Of a DNA stretch of 64,000 nucleotides, positions 1 through 10,592 are shown piece by piece (position 1 is the first letter of the stretch; each line of letters begins with the position of its first letter). Location: assembly GCF_018350175.1 (NCBI RefSeq), contig NC_058368.1, positions 225,124,001-225,188,000 of the forward strand. Reading direction: 5' to 3'. The notes beneath the pieces were generated by a model, which was given only the letters and a program-made list of their open reading frames with translations, did not search any database and had not been told where the DNA came from. Both the position numbers and the translations under genes were made by a program. The DNA comes from Felis catus (taxonomy: Eukaryota).

Positions 1-1923
1 CCTCCAGGTCAGAACTGGGGCGCCTTCGTTGTTGTTGCTTATGTATTACGCCAAGTCTTTGGTGAACGCACGGACATCCCTTTTCAGGACTTGTAAGAAC
101 AGCCCTTGTAATCTCTCCCATATCTACCCTCTGTTTCATTCTTGTCCCTCCTTTTTGTCACAGGACTCAAACAGAGAAGGCAATGATGACCTTAGACCCA
201 GGCAAACTGGGCTCCCGTCTGAGTTCCTGTGCTTCAAGGGATCTTAAGCTCCCTGTGCATTCCACGAAATTCTCTAAGACTCCCTACTCCCACCCCTCTG
301 GTGCTGGGGCCTGGCTGCGCAGGTTCCCTGAGCTTGGATGGGGGCCAGCATGCGATCCGTCTTCATCTGGACCCTTTAGCGTTCTCTCCAACCCTCTACC
401 TTGTGCTGGGGAGCAGGTTGGGGGACCCGATGCCTTGAAGAGCTTCCAGACTTGTGCCTGTGGGGTCCTCCAGGGGCTGGGGCCCTCTGGGGCCCTGGGG
501 CTGGGCTCCAGTTCCAGAAAAGCAGCCTGGCGAGATGCTCGATTCTGCTGACGGGCCCAGGATTGTTTCCATGGGGTGGTGTGAGACCGGGCTGCTGGAG
601 TGGTGCTAACACCCTGAGATTGATGATCCTCATTCGCTTGGATACAGGAAGAGCTCAGGACCCTGCGCCCCAACAGCCCACAGCCAACCCCCCGAGTCTG
701 AGCTGCATCTGTAGTCTCTTACATCCTCGGCCACCCATCGTGCCCCCTGGGGATGCTGCCGGTGGCCTACGGCACCCGAAATAGCAAGTGTCATTTACCC
801 TGTGCACCCCCCTCCCCCACTGCTGGCACCCCATCCCTCTGCAGGCTCGCACCTCATGTGATACCGTCCTTGGGAGTGACCCCACCTCTCTCCTCCAAGG
901 GCTTTCGACACTGTTGCTCTGCAACATCATTAGGCCTTTCCCTTCACGTCCGCTCTGGCCTCAGTTGACGTGGTGACTTTGTGCTCTCCCATATGAAGCT
1001 GAGTCAAACAAGGGTCAGGGATTCCTCGCATCAATAGGATCACTGTTCTGGCTCTACCTACAGATCCCTCCCCTCCCCACCACACTGATGACGGTGAGCA
1101 GAAACCAGGGGTGCAGTCGACACCGAAAAAGATCACATTTTAGGAATGCTGTGATTATAGCCTGAGAAGTTCAAGGGAAGAGGCAGATGGAAACTGTGTT
1201 GTTCTATATTTATGCCATGAAATTCCAAACGATAAATTTAACATGCCCATAAAATAAATTATTGCTCACGTTTCCCTGTGCACTCTGTGCATCTGTGGTC
1301 ACCTTCAAAGAAGCCCAGGCACGACAGTTGAAAGCCATCGGAAGCTACTCACAGGACAGCAAAATGGATGGTGCAGCATCATGAATAACGATGTAACCAG
1401 CACGAAACAAATGGCATTAGGGCCTTTCGGAGCCCAGAACAGCTGCATTGTTTCAATCCAGACAGGTTCTGAGGAGCTACAGGACTTGAATAATAACAGT
1501 GTCGTTACCTTTTTCTCACAGTGGGAGATGTGAAATTACTCAGTAACAGCACATTTGACAACAAAGAATATGAAGCGGTGATTCCTGCACCTAAACCGAA
1601 AGAAACGATACCTGAATAGTATGAAGAATCAAGGGCTCCGATCACGCAAGAAACAAATACGCTGGCGTCTCTTCTCAATCATTCTATATCGTTAACGATA
1701 AATCAATGTGCTTCATAAGTGTTCGTGAATTTTTCAAAGTATTTTTCAACGAAGATGATTCTACACACAAGAGCTCCACCAAAAAAAAATTTTTTTAGCC
1801 GGCATCCCACACGCTCTAGGGGAGGCCTTGAAGCCAGAGGTGGGGTGTAGGCAACCATCACGTCCCAGGCCTAAAAAGCGCATCACAGAGGATAATATCA
1901 CAGTGATGACTCTGAGTTTTTCT

Positions 1924-2154
1924 TCTTTTCAGTTTATTTTACTGATTTATGTAATGTTTATTTGTTTTTGACAAAGAGAGACACAGAGCACAACCAGAGA
2001 GGGGCAGGGAGAGAGGGAGACACAGAACCTAAAGGAGGCTCCAGGCTCTGAGCCGTCAGCCCAGAGCCCGAGGGGGAGCTCAACCCCACAAACCATGAGA
2101 TCGTGACCTGAGCTGAAGTCGGATGCTTAACCCACTGAGCCGCCCAGGTACCCC
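1924..2154 (-). mobile_element. Carnivore/feline tRNA-derived SINE (SINEC_Fc-like)
   Basis: Reverse complement of ggggtacctgggcggctcagtgggttaagcatccgacttc head, (CT)n region and A-tail; TSD actc(t/c)gagtttttct at 1909-1923 and 2156-2170. Confidence 0.95.
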
Positions 2155-3401
2155 AACTCCGAGTTTTTCTGATGGCTTGGCCAATTTCCACTTCTTTTTA
2201 AGAATCACGGGAGATAGAAAAATTACAATGGAAGAATTTGCCTGCCACGGAAGTCTTAGGTTTCTGTAGGAGACAGAAATGCCAGTTGAAGCTTGAGGCC
2301 AACACAGGAGGGACTCTGGCTTCAGCTTCAAAGGCCACATAAATTCTCCTTGACCAAAGAAGAAAGAATAGGGGAAATATGGCTTTGCAGTTGTCCAACT
2401 TGAGGAAATCGCATATGAGGGACAGGCTACCAATCTCACTAGAGAATGAAATGTGCGTTACGACATTACCGCAGGCTAAGGACTATAAGTACAATCGCCA
2501 TGAAAAAGGTTTCCCTGGCAATGTCTAGGGAATCACAATGGTTTTATTCACCATTAAAGCAAAACTTGGAGAAGTCCATCCGGTTGAGTGCTAGTTCCGG
2601 CCCGTTGGCAACTGTCTCCTTTTCCCTCCACTCCATTTGTACCTACACAGATGACATGTTCCTTGGGCACGGAGTCCACTGAAATGAGAAGTCAGCCGAA
2701 GGCAGGATGACTCTTCCTCACCCACAACAACCCTTGCACACTCAGAAATGCTAGCCTATACATGGATTCTTCCACCATTGGCTCCAAGTTATGCCCTTCT
2801 TTGCTTGGTCACAATTACACCAGTTAGTATCTCCACTCATTTCCCCAAAGAGTGGAGAGAAATGAACAACCCCAGAGCAGCAGGTACGTGACCCAACTGC
2901 TACTTTCTTTCTTTCAGAGTCCTTTACCAAGATCGGACTACACTAGCTGTGTTCCCATCCCCTCGGGAAAAATCCCAGGAGCAAAGAAGATCAACTTTGC
3001 AACAGAACTCTAATCTCAGCCATGACTGGGAGCCACAAATAATTCCCCCCAAAAGGTATATGCAATGATTCCAACATTTAGAAAAGCCCCGTGATGCTAT
3101 CTTTCCTTTATTTAGTAAAGCATACTCTCCTCGAGGGTTACTAATCTCTTTAGGTCTGTCCCTACGTTGGTGGTGAAAACCTGACAGATGATGCGACTGC
3201 TTTGGGCAGACTTCAGACACGACAGAGCGAAGAAAAAAATTAAAGAAAATAAGGACTATGGGGCAAGGAAACTGTCGGTGGGAGAGAGGAAAAGTAAAAC
3301 TAGAAGAAAAAGAGAAGCATCTGATAGGAGGCTATGGGGCATCACCAGCAATGGCCCATCCATCAGTTAGAGGCCACTGAGGCATGGTTATCTGCAAGGC
3401 A

Positions 3402-3402
<1 letters not shown>

Positions 3403-3442
<40 letters not shown>
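3403..3442. repeat. (CA)n microsatellite
   Basis: Uninterrupted cacaca run. Confidence 0.95.
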
Positions 3443-3446
<4 letters not shown>

Positions 3447-4188
3447 ACACATATACATATATAAATGTAATATGTATATAATGAGAGGGGTTATGTCTAT
3501 ATATTTAAAGGCACAGGCTGTGTCGTGAAATTGAATTCGCTAAAGAGGATTGCCTGTGTTGCTCAACACATACGTGAAATGTCAAGTCCAGTTGTTACGA
3601 ATGAGTACTATTTTCCCCTCTTGCTTTTCATCATCCCCCCCTTAAATAACAGTGCAGTCTGTGATGCAATGAAACTGAAGCCTGGGATCCCCTAGCACAA
3701 TATCCATTGTTCCGGCAATTTGAGTACAATAATAATTGTGCCAAATGTCGCAACACAGATGCCACACAGGAGACTCTGAATGCAGCGTTGCTGTTTGGCC
3801 TTCACAAAAACTTCAGTACACGAGCTTTCCTTGCTTCCATCATTTTTCTGAAATGTGTAATAGCTGCCATTTAGTGAGTGTTTATGACGCCCCAGCACAT
3901 TTTAAGGTACTTTAAATGTAGTAATTTATGAAAACTTTGCGACAGTCCTACTCTCACTTTGCAGATGAAGAGACCCAAGTGTCACAGCTCGTAACTGATG
4001 AAACGCAGGGTGTATTCAAAGATACTTTTGAACTCTCAGACACTTGAAAACATTAAATAAATCAGCCTTATCTAGAAAAAAGAACTGACTTCTTGATTTG
4101 CTTCTACTTACAACCTCAGCAATTAATGTCGTTCATCCACAAAATAACTTCTCCGCTCTCCTGATTTTTAGAGTACTCTGTTCCCCTG

Positions 4189-4618
4189 TGTAGGGACCAA
4201 AGGCAAGCCACCCCAAGATGGGCCACCTTGGCATAACATTATTTTGAATTAAAAACCATCAAAACCCAGTGGATGCCGGAAAAGCTCTTAACCTGCCCCT
4301 CAACTAACTGCCTGCTCGCACCAGGAAGAGAGCTCTTAACAGAGACTTCCCTCTACCTAAGAAACTGATTTGCATAATAGGCCAAACTTTGCTTTCCAAA
4401 CACCTCCTCTCTCACTTCCCCACTAAACATCTTTCTCTGATTTGTATCCTTAGACTTCCACCCCTCCCTTAGCTCATACAGGCTTTGTGTTGCCTCACTG
4501 CCTTTGGAATTTCCATGTCTGCGTGGATTTCCCTGTGTGGACTCTGTCTCGTGTCAATTTGATTCTTAGTTCAGCTAGAAGGACGTTGAAAGGCAGAGTA
4601 AATTCTTCTTCCCTGACA
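4189..4618 (+). mobile_element. Solo ERV LTR (ERV1-class)
   Basis: Starts TGTAGGG and ends CCCTGACA; flanked by a 4-bp TSD cctg (4185-4188, 4619-4622), the length typical of class I ERVs; orientation inferred from resemblance to ERV1 LTR layout. Confidence 0.8.
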
Positions 4619-5761
4619 CCTGGATCTGGAAAAAGCTGCATATCCGTCCAGGAAGTAAATAACTTGCAGAATCTATTCACACTGTCACAGATAACTTCGT
4701 GATTGTTAAGAATCCACAGTATCCTCAGAACTGGGCAGAATGGAAAAGAATATTTTTTTTCCTGTGCCATCTTCTAATAAAGACAGAGTGCCCCAAAGAA
4801 AAATCAGCAGAATTCTCTTCCACATGTGTCAGGTGACAAATCAAACACTGAGGGATGTCCATCTCGACATGCGGTGTTTCATTTTCCATCTTGGACCCCA
4901 AAACGAAAGCCAGCAGAAGAGACCATTCCCTAAGCCAAGTAGCCCCATGCTACTTTTATAGAGGGGCGGGTGGGGGGTGGGGTGCCGTATCTAATCAATT
5001 CTGGGAAACATAATGGAAACTAATCCCACAAAATGGTACCTCTGGGTCAGCCTCACTTTTCCATCTCACAATCTTTAATTACCTAGGTAACTCATGCTTT
5101 TATAATATAATCATGTGCTAATGTCACATTGGCGCACAAACTTCACCCAGGCAGTAAAATGGGCATAAATCAATTATAGCAGCCTGAAAAACCAAAGACC
5201 TAGCTCTTAGGTAACTACCCCTATGCTTATGTAGAAAAGTTTCCCCTCCTTTTTTAGTTTGTCTCCAAGGCTAATAGTCTACGTCCAAAAAAAATGGACC
5301 ATCCCGTCATTTCCATGCCCGCTGTTATTGCTAAGGAGAGCTCTAAGTCTGCACAGTAGTGTTCAAATAAATGTGGAAATATTTCAACATTAATAATCAA
5401 CCTTTGGTAGGGTTTTGAGTTTGCGAAGCACTGCTTCCCATGTTCTTCTCCAACACAACCCTCCAAACAACACTGTGAAAGTTCAAGGCGCGTGATCACC
5501 AACACTTTCCGCATATGAAAATTCAGAGCTGAGAGAGAGGAGACAACAGACGACATTGGTCAAGGGCTAGGAGATCCCAACCTTAAGACCCAAACCCAGG
5601 TTCTCTGAGGCTGAAATGATTAGCAAAATCCACTTTGCCACGAACCGGTCCATACTCACACAAATTTTATTAAACAGAAATGCGGAAAATATTCCAAGGG
5701 CAGACTGTAAGTGTTCCCCTGAGGTAGTTTCTATATAAATCCAAGCTACCCCACAGCTTAC

Positions 5762-5834
5762 CATCACATAAAAGACAAAAGCGCCAAACCAGACTCCAGA
5801 CGAAAACCAACAGAGCTGTTTTTACTGGCCACAT
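5762..5834 (-). CDS. Candidate first coding exon encoding a signal-peptide-like N-terminus (MWPVKTALLVFVWSLVWRFCLLCD|G); gene not identified
   Basis: ATG at 5834; 24 codons plus 1 nt, then ATG|GTAAGC donor at 5761 (phase 1); basic residue followed by a hydrophobic core; lies in non-repeat sequence. Kozak context is weak (tacATGt). Confidence 0.45.
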
Positions 5835-6059
5835 GTATAAAAGGCAAGAGGAGGAAAAAAGGCAGATCAAATGACAAAGAACTTTCTAAATCTGTCGCTT
5901 AGTAACATATTGCCAAATTCTTGGTGTTTTTATCCCAAGATGTTTAAATTCTGCTTTCCACTATTGAAGGCTTCATACCTTCTGTCTGTCTCTCTCTCTC
6001 TCTCCCCCTCTCTCCTACCTTTTTTGGGCATGATGGGAGAATGATCGTCTTGTTGATTA

Positions 6060-6061
<2 letters not shown>

Positions 6062-6104
<43 letters not shown>
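6062..6104. repeat. (TA)n microsatellite
   Basis: Pure tatata run. Confidence 0.95.
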
Positions 6105-6107
<3 letters not shown>

Positions 6108-6329
6108 CAGAAGAGTAAAGAGAACTGTTTTCTTTGACATTTTCTGTTTTCCTCCTATTTTCACCAATTTTCGAGGGATGACATCGTCTCATGAAGACAC
6201 AGAGCCCTGCAGAGCCAGATAAAACACAAAGGACATGACTTCTGCCTGGAGAGATACATATACACACACAAAAACCCACCCGGAGCTTCTTCCCTCTCTG
6301 TATCTGCATTTCAAGCCACCTAGAAAACA

Positions 6330-6620
6330 TCTGTGGGCGGCTGGCCGTTCACTCCAAAACCATATTTAACCTTCTGAAGTCACATTTAGCTGACAGAGCT
6401 TTGGCGTCTGTTGCCTAGGAAACAGATCAATATACTCTCTATTTTGAAGGGCATCAAATTCTCCCCGTCAGGAGCCGGAAGGCTGTGGGGCCAGAGGCAG
6501 CCGGCAGGGATCAAGCTTCCCTGAGCTGGCCCCCCTCCCCAACCCTGATGGAACAGAACCTTTCTGAGGCTCCTCCCCCTCCCCCACCCCCACCCCCCCA
6601 CCCACACTGCTCCCCTGGCA
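6330..6620 (-). promoter_or_regulatory. Possible promoter for the 5.8-kb candidate exon
   Basis: TTAAATA TATA-like element (6363-6369, minus strand) with G-rich GT/GC-box-like runs further upstream (about 6530-6605); no interspersed repeats. Confidence 0.3.
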
Positions 6621-6919
6621 GAGGCCGGAGATGGGGTGCTTTTGCTGGGTAATCAGAAATCATCAACCTGACCAAGAAATCATGGCCAAAGTCCAAACAT
6701 ATCACAGTTTACGGGTGGTCAGAGCAATCCCAGCAGTGCCCCCCATGGTTAAAGCTCTGGGGGTTCTGAAATGTCCGCAGGTAGAACACTTCAGCAGCTG
6801 CTCACTCCTGTACCATCTAAATCCTCGAACACACCGTCGGGCAAGATTACAGGAGATTCTCCCCTGCCAGAGTATGTGCTTCCGAAACAGTAATAATAAA
6901 CTTTTCAAATAATAAACAC

Positions 6920-7060
6920 GGAGGCAACTGGGTGGCTTAGCCGGTTAAGCGTGGGACTTCAGCTCAGGTCACGATCTTACTGTTCCTGAGTTCAAGCCCC
7001 ATATAGGGCTGTCTCTCTCTCTCAAATATAAATAAAGATTAAAAAAAAAAAAAAAGAAAA
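6920..7060 (+). mobile_element. Internally deleted carnivore SINE
   Basis: ggaggcaactgggtggcttagccggttaagcg head joined almost directly to (CT)n and A-tail; central segment is missing. Confidence 0.9.
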
Positions 7061-7063
7061 CTA

Positions 7064-7093
7064 GTGCTCGCTTCGGCAGCACATACACTAAAA
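7064..7093 (+). pseudogene. RNU6: U6 snRNA 5' fragment (3'-truncated retrocopy)
   Basis: GTGCTCGCTTCGGCAGCACATACACTAAAA matches U6 nt 1-30 (GTGCTCGCTTCGGCAGCACATATACTAAAA) with one mismatch, starts exactly at U6 +1, and ends at the internal A-run. Confidence 0.92.
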
Positions 7094-7440
7094 AATTAAA
7101 AGTAAAATAATAAACAGCCATCTTATCAGAAAAAAATAAGATGCCTAAAACTCACCTCTAACTCAACATTCTTCCTAGTTATAGCTGTATCTCAAATAGC
7201 ACATACAAATGAAAAGTATCTTGCTTCTATTTAAATGGAGGCATTGCAATCCAAGACCGAGATGCTTCCAAGTACCACCAAAAACTGAACTTCAGTTGAT
7301 TTTAAAGGATCTCACTGTGAAATCTGAGTAGATTTCATCAGGGCCTTCGGATGTGTTTCTAAGTTGCGTGTCCCAAAGGCCGTGCCATACACAACCATGA
7401 GTAAAATGACCATGTGTGAGGAAAATGTACAATCGCACAC

Positions 7441-7820
7441 TGTTAGGGACTGAATTGTGTCCCCCAAACGTCGTATGTGAAAGCCCTAACCCTTGGTTCC
7501 TCAGAATGTGACTATATTTAGACACAGGGACTTTAAAAAAGTAAGGAGAGATGGGGTCATATGGGTGCTTCCCAATCCCATCTGACTGGTGTCCTTAAAA
7601 GAGGAGATTAGTACCCAGACACCTGTGGAGGAAAGATCGTGTGAAACACAGAGAGGAGAAGGCGATCTACACGCTGAGGAGAGAGGCCTCAGAAGAAACT
7701 TCCCTGACGACGCCTTGATCTCAAGTGTCTAGCATCTAAAAATGTGGAAAAATTAAATTCTGTTGTTTAAGCCACTCTGTTTATGGCATTTGTTAAGGTA
7801 GCCCTGACAAATTAATAGCA
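7441..7820 (+). mobile_element. MaLR solo LTR (MLT1B-like)
   Basis: tgttagggactgaattgtgtccccc start, ctcagaatgtgact, tgactggtgtcctt and ttctgttgtttaagccac motifs; about 5-bp TSD cacac/tacac. Confidence 0.88.
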
Positions 7821-7939
7821 TACACTAGAATTTGAATCTTTTTCTTAGAGTGAACATGCTGACTCAATTCTAGAAACTTCTTCAGTAGAGTTGAAAAGCA
7901 ATCCAACAAACTAAATTTCTCATATAAATAAAACACACC

Positions 7940-8650
7940 ACATCCCACTTCTAATTCATCAAAAATGCTCTAGAACCTACCTTCAAACATCATCTAGTAC
8001 CTTACCGCTGCTCACCACACCCATTGCTGCAATACTAATCCAAGCCATTATCTCTCACCTAGATTATAGACTCTCTATGTATCTGATATAGTCCCCCCCA
8101 AAACGTACTCAAAACACACGACCCTTTGAAAACATGTCAGATCATGTCAGGCTTCTGTCCAATACCCTGAAATGACTCCCTAATTCCTTCCAAGGAAAAG
8201 CCAAAGCCCCTGTAGATGGTCACCATGACCTACTTGAGGTGACCCCAATTAGAATTCTCCCTCATCCCCGTGATCTAGCACAGTGGATGCCCTCAGCCGC
8301 ACTTTTGCTCTAACTTCTCCCTCTGTCAGGAAGCCTCTCCTCCGGGTATCCGCAGAACTAAATCCCTCACCTCCTTCAACTTTTTGCTCAAATTACCTGG
8401 GTTCCATGAAGCCTTCCCAGACCACCCTATTCAAAATTAGAACTACTTTTGTCTTCTCTCCTCCACTATCCTACTCGACTGTTTCCCCTTTCTATAGGTT
8501 TAGTGTCTTCTGGAATATCATAGAAATTACTAATGGAATTAGTTCATTTGGTTCACTCATGTATTTCAAATTACCTGAAACCATGCCTGACCCATAGTAG
8601 GGGCTCAATAATTATTTGATTAATGAATGTTGAGTGAACGATTAATTGGA
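7940..8650 (+). mobile_element. LINE-2 3' fragment
   Basis: caagccattatctctcacct, gtcagatcatgtca, gaagccttcccagacc and terminal atgcctgacccatagtaggggctcaataa...tgaatg. Confidence 0.8.
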
Positions 8651-8909
8651 TATAGAAGCTAGAATTTTCTTTTCAAGCTCTATAACTTTTCAAACATTCT
8701 CCAATTGAGAGACCCTTACCAATACAATCCATTGTGAATGTTAAAAATTTCCTTTTTTTTTTTTACTTGCCATTCTTCATATTGATTTACTTCTCCAAGA
8801 AAATTCTGAAAGGAATAAAAGAAATTTCAATCGTTGTCTTTCCACTGCACTTTTTGGGAAGACAAAATGGACAATAGGCCCCTAACGCATGTGAACTTAA
8901 AATTTTTCA

Positions 8910-9095
8910 GGGACGCCTGGGCTAAGTCTGTTAAGTGTCCAACTCTTGATTTTGGCTCGGGTCGTGATCTCATGGTTCGTGAGACCAAGCCCCCAGTGGG
9001 GCTCTGTGCTGACAGTGTCGAGTCTGTTTGGGAGTCTCTCTCTGCCCCTCCCCCACTCAAACACGACCACTCTTTCGTGCTCGCTCTCTCAAAAC
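8910..9095 (+). mobile_element. Carnivore SINE (older, diverged)
   Basis: gggacgcctggg...ttaagtgtccaactcttgattttggctc...ctctgcccctcccc. Confidence 0.9.
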
Positions 9096-9717
9096 AGACC
9101 AAATTAAGCTTTTTTTTTTTTTTCAATTGTGCATGAATCCTTGTGTATGTGTATGTGCATGCGTTGCTTGAATGGTCTCATAAGTTGTGACAGCAAGTCA
9201 GGGAAAGACAAGTGAGAGATCCAAATTTCAACTGGATATCATCTCAAACATCCATCAAATATATAAAGTATTAATACCATAAAAGAAAACAAAATCACAT
9301 CAAGATTTAAAAGATTTTATCACTTAATAGAATTTACACTTTTAAACACCTTGAGATTCCATCAAGTTCAATGGTCTTAAGAAACTGAAGGAAAATATAT
9401 TTATAGATCTTATGAGCCAAAGAAACGTAAAGTTCCATCAAGTGATCAACCTGGATCGAATCTAAAGACTTCTGTGAATCAAGAGAAAAATTAGGGCATG
9501 GATATACGACTTGAAGCCAGAGGTGTAGGCTCTAGGACCAAAGAGACCTACCCTTTTGAAGTTTTAAAGCCCATGACATAAGAAATGTAACATAGGGTCC
9601 CATGGGCCACTTGTAGGAAGGAACGGTTGGCAGATATTAACTGGAAAACATGAATTTTTAACAACATGAATTTGAAAATACCAGTATTCCTATAAAAACA
9701 TGAAAAGAGGAGTAAAA

Positions 9718-9903
9718 TAGCAGTCCTCAGACTTGAGCCCGCAGCAGATTTACATGAGGGCTTGCTATAATACAGATTTCTGGGCCTCGCCTCTGGTCTC
9801 CCATCCAGTAAGTCCTGGATACAGCGGCAGAATCTGGATTTCTGATAAGCTCCCAGGTGATGCTGATGCTACTGGTCCAGGGATCACACTTTGAGAACCA
9901 GCG
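9718..9903. mobile_element. MER5A-like hAT-Charlie MITE
   Basis: tctgataagctcccaggtgatgctgatgctactggtccagggatcacactttgagaacca is the characteristic MER5A end. Confidence 0.85.
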
Positions 9904-10524
9904 GAATAAGCAATTAAGATAGTTCTGTGTTCAATTAACTTGGAAAATGGGAATCAAAAATTGTCTTGAGTTGTGAAGGAAAAGGTACTTGTTGTTGGTA
10001 CCTGTTTGTAAAGGCGGTCTTCTGTACTCCCATAAAGGAGTATTCCTCTACAAAGGATGTTCCAAATTCCCAAGCCCGTTGGGTAAAGACCATCACCTCC
10101 TTTGAGGGTAGGAAGGCATCCATGCCAACCCCCTCCCCTTTCCTATCACTGGAGTATCCTCTTTACAAAGTGGCTGCTGAACAGGACACGTGTTAGAAGT
10201 AAACCGTGGCAAACAGGTTCCTGGCTGGTTGCAGAGAGTCAGATTCTAGCAACATTCCTGGTTTGAGACAAAACATTCGGTCCTTACTGGATGATTCCCA
10301 TCCTAGAAGAGATGTTGGCCCAGAGAAAGCTACCCCGGAGGTGTTCAGAGGCAAAAGAAGCCGGCTTCGGGCCCCTGCAATTCTGGCTGCTTCGCATGTG
10401 GGGGGGCCTTGGGACCCTGGTCCTGTGTGGCTACAGCTGGCTGTCCATCTGTCTGGCCTCAGTGCAATTTGTGGATAGGGTAATGGGGCAGTAGGATGGC
10501 CAAACCTAAGTGATTCTGTTTTCT

Positions 10525-10592
10525 TTCTTCTTCTTCTTCTTCTTCTTCTTCTTCTTCTTCTTCTTCTTCCTTCTTTTTTTTTTTTTTTTTTT
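10525..10592. repeat. (TTC)15 followed by poly-T
   Basis: 15 TTC units at 10525-10569, then a T-run. Confidence 0.95.

Noticed and set aside
29..1136. Overlapping 60-130 aa ORFs on both strands in the GC-rich start of the window
   Set aside because: No recognisable protein and no consistent splice signals; long open frames on several strands are expected at this GC content
7064..7093. Functional U6 snRNA gene
   Set aside because: Only the first 30 nt are present, and the upstream sequence is a SINE tail rather than a PSE/TATA promoter
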